NCBI GenBank assembly: GCA_000433455.1
Contig: HF992500.1
Coordinates: forward strand, 32,293 to 96,292
DNA length: 64,000 nucleotides
DNA from: Mycoplasma sp. CAG:877
GTDB lineage: Bacteria > Bacillota_I > Bacilli_A > RF39 > UBA660
Reading direction: 5' to 3'
Below the pieces are notes generated by a model. It had not been told where the DNA came from. It worked only from the letters and a program-made list of their open reading frames with translations, and searched no databases. Of this stretch, positions 50,809 to 59,906 are shown piece after piece. Numbering within the stretch: the stretch's first letter is position 1; each line of letters opens with the position of its first letter. The position numbers were made by a program, and so were the translations under genes.

Positions 50809-51723
50809 TTATTCTTCCCAAAGATTACTTGGATATTCTCCACTATCTACTAAGTCTTTTAGAGCTTTTTTAACAGCATCAGCATCTTCTTTATAAGTTA
50901 CTCCGTACCAAGCAGCAGTTGTTTCTAAAACTTCTACGTTTGCGTAGCCGTCTTCTATTGTTTCAAATAAAACATCTGGTATTAAATATTCACATTTTTC
51001 TAAATTATCTTTATTTCTATCAAAGAACTCTGGAAACTTTTCTTCTATGTATGAGAATATACTTGGTGAGAAAAGCATTAAGTTCATAGATACTTTATCA
51101 GTTGGTGGTACTTCGAATGGTTCTTTACCGCTCAATGGTGAGGCGATTAGTTTATCGTCTACTCTTTCGATAACACTTTCTGTTATTTTTGTTAGTTTGC
51201 CATCTGTTACTTCACAAACACCTCTTTTTACAGAACCATTTTCAGTTAGTGTGTTTTTTACAAGATAACTTACTAATCCATATTTGTAAGGTCTTTCATC
51301 ATTCATACTTTCTAGGAAGTTGGCTGCTTTTAAATAAGCATCTCTTCCATAGAAATCATCAGCATTAATGATCGCGAATGGTTCATTTATTTTGTCTTTG
51401 CAGCAAAGTATAGCATGAGCTGTTCCTAAAGGTTTTACTCGGTCTTCTGGAACTGAGTAACCTTCTGGAATGTTGTCATTTTTTTGGAAACAGTATTCTA
51501 CATTGATGTATGGTTCTACTCTTTTTCCAATGGTTTCTTTAAATACATCATAGTTTTCTTCTTTGATTAGAAAAACTATTTTGTTGAAACCGGCTTTGAT
51601 GGCATCATATACTGAGTAATCAATAATGAACTCACCATTTGGTCCTAGTGGAGCAATTTGTTTTAGTCCTCCAAAACGACTACCCATACCAGCAGCCAAA
51701 ATTAATAATGTTTTATCTTTCAT
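50809..51723 (-). CDS. Sugar-phosphate nucleotidyltransferase family protein
   Basis: N-terminal LILAAGMGSRFGGLKQ (the G-x-G-x-R motif of NTP_transferase). 304 aa. Confidence 0.75.
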   Translation of the reverse strand: MKDKTLLILAAGMGSRFGGLKQIAPLGPNGEFIIDYSVYDAIKAGFNKIVFLIKEENYDVFKETIGKRVEPYINVEYCFQKNDNIPEGYSVPEDRVKPLGTAHAILCCKDKINEPFAIINADDFYGRDAYLKAANFLESMNDERPYKYGLVSYLVKNTLTENGSVKRGVCEVTDGKLTKITESVIERVDDKLIASPLSGKEPFEVPPTDKVSMNLMLFSPSIFSYIEEKFPEFFDRNKDNLEKCEYLIPDVLFETIEDGYANVEVLETTAAWYGVTYKEDADAVKKALKDLVDSGEYPSNLWEE

Positions 51724-51745
51724 TTTACCCTCCTAAAATCTATTA

Positions 51746-53848
51746 TTAATTATTAATTTTTGATAATTTTTTGTGGTTTTTCATTAATTTTTTAATACCA
51801 TGTGGATGTTTAAAAGCAACACTAACTAGAGTATTAGTAACTTCAACAACTTTACCAGTACCAAAGGTTTCATGGTAAACAAAGTCACCAACTTTATAGT
51901 CAACGTCTTCTTCTCTAAACATTTCTTTTGTATCAATTTTTTCTTCTTTTTTAGGTATTTCATCCTTAACATTTGTCTCTAGTAAATCTGGATTAATTTC
52001 ACTTATGAAACGACTTACAGGATTAACTTGTTCTTTTCCGAATAAGGTTCTACGACGAGCATTTACTAAATGTAGGTCGTCTCTTGCTCTTGTAATAGCA
52101 ACATAGCAAAGACGCCTTTCTTCTTCTAAAGCAATATTTTCCATAAGAGAATTCATATGTGGGAATAAACCTTCTTCCATACCAATTACAAAGACATGAT
52201 CAAACTCTAGTCCTTTTACAGAGTGAACGGTCATTAGGCTTATACGATTTGGATCGTCTTTATATTCTTCAACGTCACTTACTAAACTAATTTCTAATAA
52301 GAAATCCTCTAGAGAGATTAATCCCTCTTTTTCTTCGAAGGCTTTAGTTATTGACTTGAATTCTTCTAGGTTTTCTAGTCTTACTTCGGCTTCTAAAGTT
52401 TGTTCACTCTCTAATTCTTTTTTCATACCAGAAGCATCTAATACTTTGTCAATCAATTCAGTTAAAGTTAAGTCTTCAGCGACACTTTTTAACTTTTCAA
52501 TTGTCTTTTTAAACTCTAGTTCTTTTCCTGATTCAATCGCATCATAGATACTTATACCTTCAGTATCAGCTTTTATAGTTAAGTTTTCGATTGTCTTTAG
52601 ACCTATTCCACGTTTTGGAGTATTTATTACTCTAAGGAGACTGATATTATCTTTAGAGTTATGAATTAATCTTAAGTATGCAATTAAGTCTTTAATTTCT
52701 TTTCTAGAATAGAAATAGAAACTTCCAATTACACGATATGGTAAATTTTCTTTTAGCATTTCTTCTTCAACGACACGAGACTGAGCATTAGTTCTATAAA
52801 GAACAGCAATATCTTTGTATTCAACATTTCTATTAACTAGTTCTTTTATTTTTCTAATAACGTACTGTGCCTCGTCTCTTTCATTATATGCACGATAATA
52901 TTTAATCTTTTCTCCTGGTCCTTTATTAGTCCATAGATTTTTATCTTTACGATCTCTATTATTTTTAATTACTTGGTTGGCAGCATCTAGGATGTTACCT
53001 GTTGAACGATAGTTTTGTTCCAAAAGAATTGTTTTAGCATCTCTATAATCATTTTCAAAGTTTAAGATATTTTTATAGTTTGCTCCTCTAAAACTATAAA
53101 TACTTTGAGAGTCATCTCCAACACAAGTTATACGTCTATTTTTCTCACTAATCATCTTAGTTAAAATATATTGGGCTTGATTTGTATCTTGATACTCATC
53201 TATTAAAACATATTGATATAAGTTTTGATACTTTTCTAGAACGTCTTGGTGTTCTCTAAATAGTTTTATAGGAAGAATTAATAAATCATCAAAGTCTACA
53301 GAATTATTTTGTTGTAGTTTTTTCTCGTATTTTTCATATACTTTTTGAATTACTTGTTCATAGTCACTTACAGCATATCTTTCATAGGCTTTGGCAGATA
53401 TTAATTCATTTTTACAACTACTTATTTTATTTCTTATGGCTTTAGGATTATATACTTTTGGATCATAATCTAAGTCTTTTATTATTTTTTTTACTACTGT
53501 TAGGGAATCATCACTATCCATAATAACAAAGTTACGGTCGTATCCTAATAGTTCATAGTTTTCTCTTAAAAGCTTTAAACCAAAACTATGGAATGTTGAT
53601 ACTTGTAATTTTCTAGCCTCATCACCAATTAATAAGTATAGTCTGTCACGCATTTCTTTTGCGGCTTTGTTTGTGAAAGTAATTGCTAGAATGTTGTATG
53701 GTGTTGCTAGATGTTCATCTATTATGTATGCGATTTTACTTGTTAGAGTTTTAGTCTTACCAGCACCAGCACCTGCTATTATAAGAAGTGGTCCATCATT
53801 ATATAGTACGGCTTCTTTTTGCTTGTCATTCAAATTATCTAAATTCAT
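51746..53848 (-). CDS. pcrA: ATP-dependent DNA helicase PcrA/UvrD
   Basis: Walker A AGAGAGKTKTL, VLIDEYQDTNQAQY, TVHSVKGLEF and CYVAITRAR, plus synteny with ligA. Confidence 0.95.
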   Translation of the reverse strand: MNLDNLNDKQKEAVLYNDGPLLIIAGAGAGKTKTLTSKIAYIIDEHLATPYNILAITFTNKAAKEMRDRLYLLIGDEARKLQVSTFHSFGLKLLRENYELLGYDRNFVIMDSDDSLTVVKKIIKDLDYDPKVYNPKAIRNKISSCKNELISAKAYERYAVSDYEQVIQKVYEKYEKKLQQNNSVDFDDLLILPIKLFREHQDVLEKYQNLYQYVLIDEYQDTNQAQYILTKMISEKNRRITCVGDDSQSIYSFRGANYKNILNFENDYRDAKTILLEQNYRSTGNILDAANQVIKNNRDRKDKNLWTNKGPGEKIKYYRAYNERDEAQYVIRKIKELVNRNVEYKDIAVLYRTNAQSRVVEEEMLKENLPYRVIGSFYFYSRKEIKDLIAYLRLIHNSKDNISLLRVINTPKRGIGLKTIENLTIKADTEGISIYDAIESGKELEFKKTIEKLKSVAEDLTLTELIDKVLDASGMKKELESEQTLEAEVRLENLEEFKSITKAFEEKEGLISLEDFLLEISLVSDVEEYKDDPNRISLMTVHSVKGLEFDHVFVIGMEEGLFPHMNSLMENIALEEERRLCYVAITRARDDLHLVNARRRTLFGKEQVNPVSRFISEINPDLLETNVKDEIPKKEEKIDTKEMFREEDVDYKVGDFVYHETFGTGKVVEVTNTLVSVAFKHPHGIKKLMKNHKKLSKINN

Positions 53849-53871
53849 TTTCTTACCTACTTCCTTTTTTT

Positions 53872-53900
53872 ATTATATCTTATATTTTAGGTTTAGGCAA
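53872..53900 (-). promoter_or_regulatory. Sigma-A type promoter TTGCCT-N17-TATAAT for pcrA
   Basis: Read on the minus strand, immediately after a terminator. Confidence 0.5.
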
Positions 53901-53928
53901 AGAAAAAGAAGTGTTATTGAACACTTCT
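53900..53928 (-). terminator. Terminator overlapping the stop of the 288-aa membrane protein gene
   Basis: Stem agaagtgtt / aacacttct (9 bp), loop attg, followed on the minus strand by TTTTTCTTT. Confidence 0.7.
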
Positions 53929-54780
53929 ATATAATTCTTGTAATTCTCTATATTTTGCTTGTTCTTTATCTATTCTTTCTTGTCTTTCTTTTTCTTGACG
54001 TTCTTTTTCTTTTTGTTCTTTTAGGATATTTAATAATAATTTATAGTCATCTATTGTTAATAAGTCATCATATTTAGCAGTATTTTCTTTTGGCTCTTTT
54101 TCTACTTTAATTGTATTATTAACAGCTTTTACTTGATATGGTGCCTCAATTGGTTTATAGTTTGCTGGTTTTTTTACGACCTTTTTAACTATAACTTTTG
54201 TAGGTACCTTTTCTTTAAAGAAGTATGGTTTGATGATTTTATAAATTATTAGAAAACAAATCCAAGCTATGAATATAGTACTTGTTAATTCGATTAGGGC
54301 TTGAGCTGTTGTATTTCCATAAACTGATGATTGATTAAAAACGTCTAGATTGTTTTCATTAATTATATTTAAAATTATGATTAAGATATAACTAATTACA
54401 CAATACATTAAAATATTTATTTTCTTTATTATCTTAGGCATTTTCTTACTAAAGACAGTTACTAAGCAAATTACATTAGAGGTGAGTATGGCTGCTAGAT
54501 AGATTGCTAAGTTTGGAAAATAGATGATTATAAATAAATTATTCATCATATAATCCATCATGTTACTTAGATTATCTTTATATACATATAGTACTATACC
54601 TATCAGTATCATATAAATTAAAACGTAGAAAAATTTAACTGGCTTTGCACTTTTTCTATTACTTGTTAAAAGTATTAGTCCTAAAGCAATTACTGCTAAA
54701 AGGATAACAAGATATAGTTTTGATGATTTTGTTAAATTGAATAAGACACTTAGTTTTTCTACAAATGTCAATCTTGCCAT
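53914..54780 (-). CDS. Hypothetical polytopic membrane protein with charged coiled-coil C-terminus
   Basis: Five to six TM segments, then KEQKEKERQEKERQERIDKEQAKYRELQELY. Confidence 0.5.
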   Translation of the reverse strand: MARLTFVEKLSVLFNLTKSSKLYLVILLAVIALGLILLTSNRKSAKPVKFFYVLIYMILIGIVLYVYKDNLSNMMDYMMNNLFIIIYFPNLAIYLAAILTSNVICLVTVFSKKMPKIIKKINILMYCVISYILIIILNIINENNLDVFNQSSVYGNTTAQALIELTSTIFIAWICFLIIYKIIKPYFFKEKVPTKVIVKKVVKKPANYKPIEAPYQVKAVNNTIKVEKEPKENTAKYDDLLTIDDYKLLLNILKEQKEKERQEKERQERIDKEQAKYRELQELYRSVQ

Positions 54781-54803
54781 AACCTCACCCTCTTTTTACT
54801 TTT

Positions 54804-55466
54804 TTAATTATCTGTTACTTCTTGAAGCTCTGCAATGTATACAGTCTGTGTTGTTGATTCATAGTTAGTACAAGTTACTAATGTTAAGGTTGTTTTATTA
54901 TAATCACGATAGATTCCTATTGTACCAACTTTATCTTGTTTATAGATATTAACTATCTTATAAGCATATTTTTTATTTTTGTATGTTACGTAAGCATAGT
55001 CACCTTTTGATAATTTGTATAAATCATTGAAGAAGGCTCTCCAACTATTACCTGAGTGACCTGCTATTATTAGGTTCCCTTTTTCTACATCTGGATAAGA
55101 TGATTCTTTTATTACTAAAATATTTTTATCTATATCGTTTTCTTTAGAATTTTTACTGTAGAAACCTTTTGTTAAATTTATCTTAGGTATATTTAAGTAA
55201 CCAATGTATTCATCTGTTACTTCTTCTTCTACTGTTTCTTCTTCATTATTACGAGTTCCGTCATCTACTATTATGTTATTAGTATTACTTGTGTAGAAGA
55301 CGTTGGCCATATAATCGTAGGCCATAATTTTTTTTGCTTGAATATAGTTATAAGAAAGAAAGAATCCCCCAATTAGTATGACTAACGCACAAATTGTAGT
55401 AGTTACACTAGGAGAGATTCTTGATTTCTTCTTTTTATTTTTTTGCATTCTTATATACAAATCCAA
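54804..55466 (-). CDS. Sortase-family transpeptidase (class D-like), atypical: no Arg downstream of the catalytic Cys
   Basis: N-terminal TM, His motif LIIAGHSGNSW and Cys motif LTLVTCT. The track start is TTG 55466; an alternative ATG lies at 55448. Overlaps the 3' end of the adhesin gene. Confidence 0.75.
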   Translation of the reverse strand: MDLYIRMQKNKKKKSRISPSVTTTICALVILIGGFFLSYNYIQAKKIMAYDYMANVFYTSNTNNIIVDDGTRNNEEETVEEEVTDEYIGYLNIPKINLTKGFYSKNSKENDIDKNILVIKESSYPDVEKGNLIIAGHSGNSWRAFFNDLYKLSKGDYAYVTYKNKKYAYKIVNIYKQDKVGTIGIYRDYNKTTLTLVTCTNYESTTQTVYIAELQEVTDN

Positions 55467-56961
55467 CAGTAGAACCTATTAATAATATACCTATTATAGT
55501 CATAATAATTGAACTTGTTGCTGCTGTATCTGGTACAGGTACTTCTGGATAGTTGTAGAATGTAACTTGATGAGTTGCATGATCTTCATCAATTGTTATT
55601 GTGATAACATCATTACTTTTCTTATAACCAGATGGTGCTTGTACTTCTTCAATTGTATATGTACCATCAGTTAAATCTGTAAATACTTTTGGATCTTCTG
55701 TAGTTTCGAATCTTGCTACTTCTTCTCCTTGAGCATTTTTAACTACTAGTACGGCTCCTGCTAAAGCTTTTCCAGTTGAACCATCAATCTTTGTAATTGT
55801 TACAACATTTGATTTAGCATCATTGTATACTTTTACGGTAATATTTCTATTACTATCTGTAACTGTAAATGATATTGGTTCTTTTAATTTTTTATAACCT
55901 GTTGGAGCTTCTATTTCTTCAACTGTATAACTACCATTTTTTAAGTTTCTAATTACGTGTGCATTTGTTGTTGATTTCCATCTAGTTATTTCATTACCAT
56001 TAGAATCTTTTAATACTAATGTTGCTCCTGCTAAAGCTTTATCTGTTGCTCTATCTAATTTAATAATTGTAATTTTTGATGATGATAGAGTTAATTTAGC
56101 TGTTGCTGAAACATTTTGTGTTTCTGGAGTTAAAACTGATGGATAACAGTTTTGCATCTTACTATTTGTTGGTTTATATTCATATGCTTTATTAACGGTT
56201 CCTGTTGCACTTACAGTAACTGTCATATTTAAGTTTGTATCTTTTACACTTGATGCTGGAATTCTTATTTTAAAACTTTCGGATTTATTGAAAGTTGTTT
56301 TTGAGTTTCCTTTAGCATCTGTTACGATTGTTCCTGTTGGAGCATTACTTACTGAAACTTTGTAAGTACTAATATTTGTAGAAGATACTGTAAAACTTTC
56401 TGATTCAAAATATTTTGAATCGCTAGATAATTGCATTTCACTATTTGATGTTGATAATGAAATACTTGTTTTAGCATATCCATTAGCTTTTGCTTGTTTA
56501 GCTCCAGCTACTAATTCTTTTACATATTTACGGATATTGTTAGGGTCACTTGCTGTTTCCTTAAATGCTCTTGTTAAGTTTGATGAACCAGTAGTATCAT
56601 CTAAATACCACCAAACAGCAGTTTGTGTTATATAATAATCTTTTGATGAGTCTCCTGTTATACTTGCTTTAGGATAACCATGTTCCATTAAGTAAGCAAA
56701 TCCAGCATCTAGTTCTCCAACTAATGTTGCTGTTACATTTTGACTTGTTGATTTGTGATAATCTAAGCAATATACATATTCACCAGATGATAATAATTTT
56801 GTTTTAAATGATAAATCAGCTAAGTATGCAGGTAATTTAGTTCCTGAACCTAGTGAAATAGTTTGTGCTACGGCACTAACATTTAAAATGCCTGTTGCCA
56901 TTATAATTCCAGAGAAAACTATAACAGCTAATAATTTTAACTTTTTCAATATTGATTTCAT
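55435..56961 (-). CDS. Cell-wall-anchored adhesin: thioester (TQXA) domain + Ig-like region + two CnaB/SpaA-type repeats + non-canonical VPDTA sorting signal
   Basis: Signal peptide MKSILKKLKLLAVIVFSGIIMATGILNVSAVA. Thioester Cys context EYVYCLDYHK and Gln context YYITQTAVWWY. Two repeats of LAGAxLVxK...G(S/T)YT(V/I)EE(I/V)(E/Q)AP(T/S)GYKK. C-terminal PVPDTAAT, hydrophobic segment and KNAKK. I start at ATG 56961 (SD AAAGGTGA). Confidence 0.85.
   Translation of the reverse strand: MKSILKKLKLLAVIVFSGIIMATGILNVSAVAQTISLGSGTKLPAYLADLSFKTKLLSSGEYVYCLDYHKSTSQNVTATLVGELDAGFAYLMEHGYPKASITGDSSKDYYITQTAVWWYLDDTTGSSNLTRAFKETASDPNNIRKYVKELVAGAKQAKANGYAKTSISLSTSNSEMQLSSDSKYFESESFTVSSTNISTYKVSVSNAPTGTIVTDAKGNSKTTFNKSESFKIRIPASSVKDTNLNMTVTVSATGTVNKAYEYKPTNSKMQNCYPSVLTPETQNVSATAKLTLSSSKITIIKLDRATDKALAGATLVLKDSNGNEITRWKSTTNAHVIRNLKNGSYTVEEIEAPTGYKKLKEPISFTVTDSNRNITVKVYNDAKSNVVTITKIDGSTGKALAGAVLVVKNAQGEEVARFETTEDPKVFTDLTDGTYTIEEVQAPSGYKKSNDVITITIDEDHATHQVTFYNYPEVPVPDTAATSSIIMTIIGILLIGSTVGFVYKNAKK
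55545..56085 (-). repeat. Two tandem ~270-bp coding repeats (CnaB/SpaA-type domains) inside the adhesin gene
   Basis: The protein segments SKITIIKLDRATDKALAGATLVLK... and NVVTITKIDGSTGKALAGAVLVVK... are collinear. Confidence 0.8.
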
Positions 56962-56979
56962 AATTTTCACCTTTCCCCT

Positions 56980-57021
56980 CAAATGTGGCTATATTATACC
57001 ACATTTGCTATTTTTTTGCAA
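56980..57021 (-). promoter_or_regulatory. Promoter TTGCAA-N17-TATAAT of the adhesin-sortase operon with a perfect 9-bp inverted repeat (CAAATGTGG-N10-CCACATTTG) bracketing the -10 box
   Basis: -35 at 57016-57021, -10 at 56993-56998, inverted-repeat arms at 56980-56988 and 56999-57007. Confidence 0.5.
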
Positions 57022-57032
57022 GTTTATCTTGC

Positions 57033-57569
57033 CTATAATATTTCTTTTTCATAAATTATACGGTCATTAATATCAGCAATTGTAAATTTATTGTCATCAA
57101 TAACCATATAACTTGCTGGTTCTTTACCTAAAGGTAGTGAAATAGAACCAGGATTGATATAGGTAGTTGTACCAATTGTTGTAATTTCAGCAATATGGGT
57201 ATGGCCTAGAAGTAAAATGGAATTCTCTTTAGACCAGTGATTCTTATTATATATATGTCCATGAGTTAAGTAAATAGTTTTATCATTTATTTTAGTACTA
57301 AAATAACCAGGAATAATATCAAATGGTTCCTCATGAATATCTAAATACTCATCACAGTTTCCTTTCATACAAATCATTTTGTCAGAAAAAGAGTCTAAAA
57401 AATCTCTTACATATTCAGGATCATAATCCTTAGCATCTTCTCTTCCGTAGTTGTAATATAAATCCCCTAATACTATTAAAAGTTCACATTTTAATTCAAT
57501 AAATCTATCTTTAATTAAAGGTAAATTTGTCTTGATACCATGTATATCTGAAATTACTAATACTTTCAT
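57033..57569 (-). CDS. YfcE/MJ0936 family metallophosphoesterase
   Basis: Motifs MKVLVISDIHG, LGDLYY, GNCD and LTHGH...GHTH. Confidence 0.85.
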   Translation of the reverse strand: MKVLVISDIHGIKTNLPLIKDRFIELKCELLIVLGDLYYNYGREDAKDYDPEYVRDFLDSFSDKMICMKGNCDEYLDIHEEPFDIIPGYFSTKINDKTIYLTHGHIYNKNHWSKENSILLLGHTHIAEITTIGTTTYINPGSISLPLGKEPASYMVIDDNKFTIADINDRIIYEKEIL

Positions 57570-57648
57570 ATTTTCTCCTTTCTTTCTACTTAATAATATA
57601 ACACAAAACGACTATTATTCATATAATATTTTAGTTGAAAGGAGATTT

Positions 57649-58647
57649 ATGAAAAAGAATATTTTATATTATTGTTTGTTTTTTGCTTTAGTTTTTCTAA
57701 TGGTAGGTTCCCTATTTTTAGATTTTAACCATTCTAAGAAAAATGAGAATAAAAGAACAAAAGTGACGTTGGCAGAGGTTGCCCATACAATTTTCTATGC
57801 TCCACAGTATGTTGCTATTGAAAAAGGTTATTTTAAGGAAGTTGGAATTGATATAGATCTTATCTTAACTGCTGGTGCTGATAAGGTTACAGCGGCTGTA
57901 TTATCGGGTGATGCTGATATTGGTTTTTGTGGAAGTGAGGGAACAATTTATGTTTATAATGCAAAAGAAAAAGACTATTTAAAGACTTTTGCACAACTTA
58001 CACAAAAAGATGGATCATTCTTAGTATCTAGAGAAAAAATTGATAATTTTACTTTGAATGATTTAAAAGGAAAAAGTGTTATTGGAGGACGTGCTGGTGG
58101 TATGCCAGAGATGACTTTTGAATGGGCACTTAAACAGAATGGAATTGATCCAAAAAATGATTTAGAGATAGATACTTCTATTGCTTTTGCAGCAATGGGT
58201 GGAGCATTTATTTCTGGTCAAGGAGACTTTGTTACATTATTTGAGCCTAATGCCTTAGAAATAGAACAACAAGGCTATGGATATGTTGTTGCTAGTATAG
58301 GAGAACTTGGTGGAGTTGTGCCATATACATCTTATTCAGCACGAGAAAGTTATATTGAGAAAAATAGTGAATTGATTAGTAATTTTACAAAGGCAATTCA
58401 AAAAGGATTAGACTTTGTACATAATAGTTCTGATAAAGAAGTGGCAGAAGCAATACTTAGTCAATTTCCTGATACTTCACTAAATGATTTAGAAAAAGTA
58501 GTTGCTAGATATAGAAAGATAGATGCTTGGCCTAAGACTACTAAATTTAGTGAAGAATCATTTGACCATTTACAAGATATTATGATAGATAATGGTGTTT
58601 TAAATAGTAAAGTTTCATACGATGAATTGATTTATAGTGAGAAGTAA
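57649..58647 (+). CDS. ABC-transporter substrate-binding lipoprotein-like protein, NMT1/THI5 (SsuA/ThiY-like) family; orphan (no adjacent permease/ATPase)
   Basis: Signal sequence MKKNILYYCLFFALVFLMVGS. VAHTIFYAPQYVAIEKGYFKEVGIDIDL is typical of NMT1-like binding proteins. ATG 57649 is preceded by GAAAGGAG; the track N-terminal extension is rejected. Confidence 0.75.
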   Translation: MKKNILYYCLFFALVFLMVGSLFLDFNHSKKNENKRTKVTLAEVAHTIFYAPQYVAIEKGYFKEVGIDIDLILTAGADKVTAAVLSGDADIGFCGSEGTIYVYNAKEKDYLKTFAQLTQKDGSFLVSREKIDNFTLNDLKGKSVIGGRAGGMPEMTFEWALKQNGIDPKNDLEIDTSIAFAAMGGAFISGQGDFVTLFEPNALEIEQQGYGYVVASIGELGGVVPYTSYSARESYIEKNSELISNFTKAIQKGLDFVHNSSDKEVAEAILSQFPDTSLNDLEKVVARYRKIDAWPKTTKFSEESFDHLQDIMIDNGVLNSKVSYDELIYSEK

Positions 58648-58674
58648 GAAAAGTTAGATTGATTTATAAATAGA

Positions 58675-58710
58675 AAAGCTCGTTTCTAAAACATGGAGAC
58701 GGGCTTTTTA
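58675..58710 (+). terminator. Terminator of the substrate-binding protein gene
   Basis: Stem agctcgtttc / gagacgggct (10 bp with two G-U pairs), then ttttt. Confidence 0.65.
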
Positions 58711-58873
58711 GTTAGGTGATGTTTTTTGCTATATTGGCTTGTACCAATATTTTTTAAATGCATAGAAATTTATTTTAAACAATATTAGTAATCTCTTATA
58801 TTTACCTATTTGTATTTAATACTTTATAAACTGTCCAACTTTTTGAGTTCAGTTCACTGGTATATAGTACTAT

Positions 58874-59905
58874 TTATGAGTTCTCTTTTAGGAGAGAAAT
58901 AATAGGTTTTTGATTTTGTTTTCTTAAACTTAGTATGCAAATTATGATTAGTAGTATAGAAATGGGAATTATAATTAATAGTATTATCACCATAAATTCA
59001 AGGTGGTTTAAGTAGGTCTTTGAGATTAAGTGAAACTTGGTTAAAAATGTATATACTATACTTAGAATAATATATATTAAGAGTGAATTTTTTATATTTT
59101 CTTTGCTTATACTTAAGACTAGTAATTTTAAAATTTTTGAATTATGAAAACCATATATTTTTAGGAGAGCTATATCTTTACTATTAGTATTTATTAAGTC
59201 TTTTGTTAGAAGTGTTAGAGTGTTTATTATTAGTAAAATTATTAGTACTTCCCCTATCAAGAATACTTTTAAGATAAGATTATACATTTTAATATTTTGT
59301 TGGTTTGAGTCATTTTGAATTAGTACTTCACAGTTATTTTTTGACAGTTCTTTAGAAACATAATTTATATTATTATAATCATCAACTATAATATTAAATT
59401 CATTTTTAGAAAGTCCTTTATTTAGCTTTTTCATAAACTCTTCTGATACAATTATTTCATTTGTATTAAGATATTTATTATCGTGTTTACCTACTACTTT
59501 GAAGATATACTTTTCGTTATTTAGGTAAAGTATTATTGAATTTGACTTTATGTCGTTTGAGACTATAACTTGATTAGACGATAAGTTTGATGTATGTACT
59601 TTCGCAAAGTTTAAATTGTAGTAGTTTAAGACATATTTACTGTTGTTAGTATCAAACATTATAGTACTTGGGTAGTACTTTGAAACTGAAGTGATGTGAT
59701 TTATTTTATTTAGACTATTAATATTTTCTGTAGTGCAGCCGATAGTTAAAACTCTATTTTGTAGTTTGTTTTTAATAGTAGAAGTATATATATTGTTAGT
59801 ATAATAATGACTAGTAAGTAGTACTATTAAAATTATGTTTGTGAAGATGTAGAGAAAATAATATTTTTTATTACTTTTATTTTTTCTTGTGATAATGTTT
59901 AGCAT
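58874..59905 (-). CDS. FtsX-family ABC permease (type VII / MacB-LolC-like topology), shorter paralogue
   Basis: TM1 (YFLYIFTNIILIVLLTS), a ~170-aa extracytoplasmic domain, then three C-terminal TM helices. Confidence 0.7.
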   Translation of the reverse strand: MLNIITRKNKSNKKYYFLYIFTNIILIVLLTSHYYTNNIYTSTIKNKLQNRVLTIGCTTENINSLNKINHITSVSKYYPSTIMFDTNNSKYVLNYYNLNFAKVHTSNLSSNQVIVSNDIKSNSIILYLNNEKYIFKVVGKHDNKYLNTNEIIVSEEFMKKLNKGLSKNEFNIIVDDYNNINYVSKELSKNNCEVLIQNDSNQQNIKMYNLILKVFLIGEVLIILLIINTLTLLTKDLINTNSKDIALLKIYGFHNSKILKLLVLSISKENIKNSLLIYIILSIVYTFLTKFHLISKTYLNHLEFMVIILLIIIPISILLIIICILSLRKQNQKPIISLLKENS

Positions 59906-59906
59906 A

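Noticed and set aside
56980-57015. The 9-bp inverted repeat followed by T7 on the plus strand, read as a plus-strand rho-independent terminator
   Set aside because: No plus-strand gene or transcript ends there. The T-run is the A-rich spacer of a well-formed minus-strand promoter, so an operator interpretation is preferred.
57570-57648. TPP or other riboswitch upstream of the NMT1/THI5-like binding protein gene
   Set aside because: The leader is only about 80 nt. It contains a promoter-like TATAAT and an SD but none of the conserved TPP-riboswitch elements (e.g. CTGAGA), and it has no extended structure.
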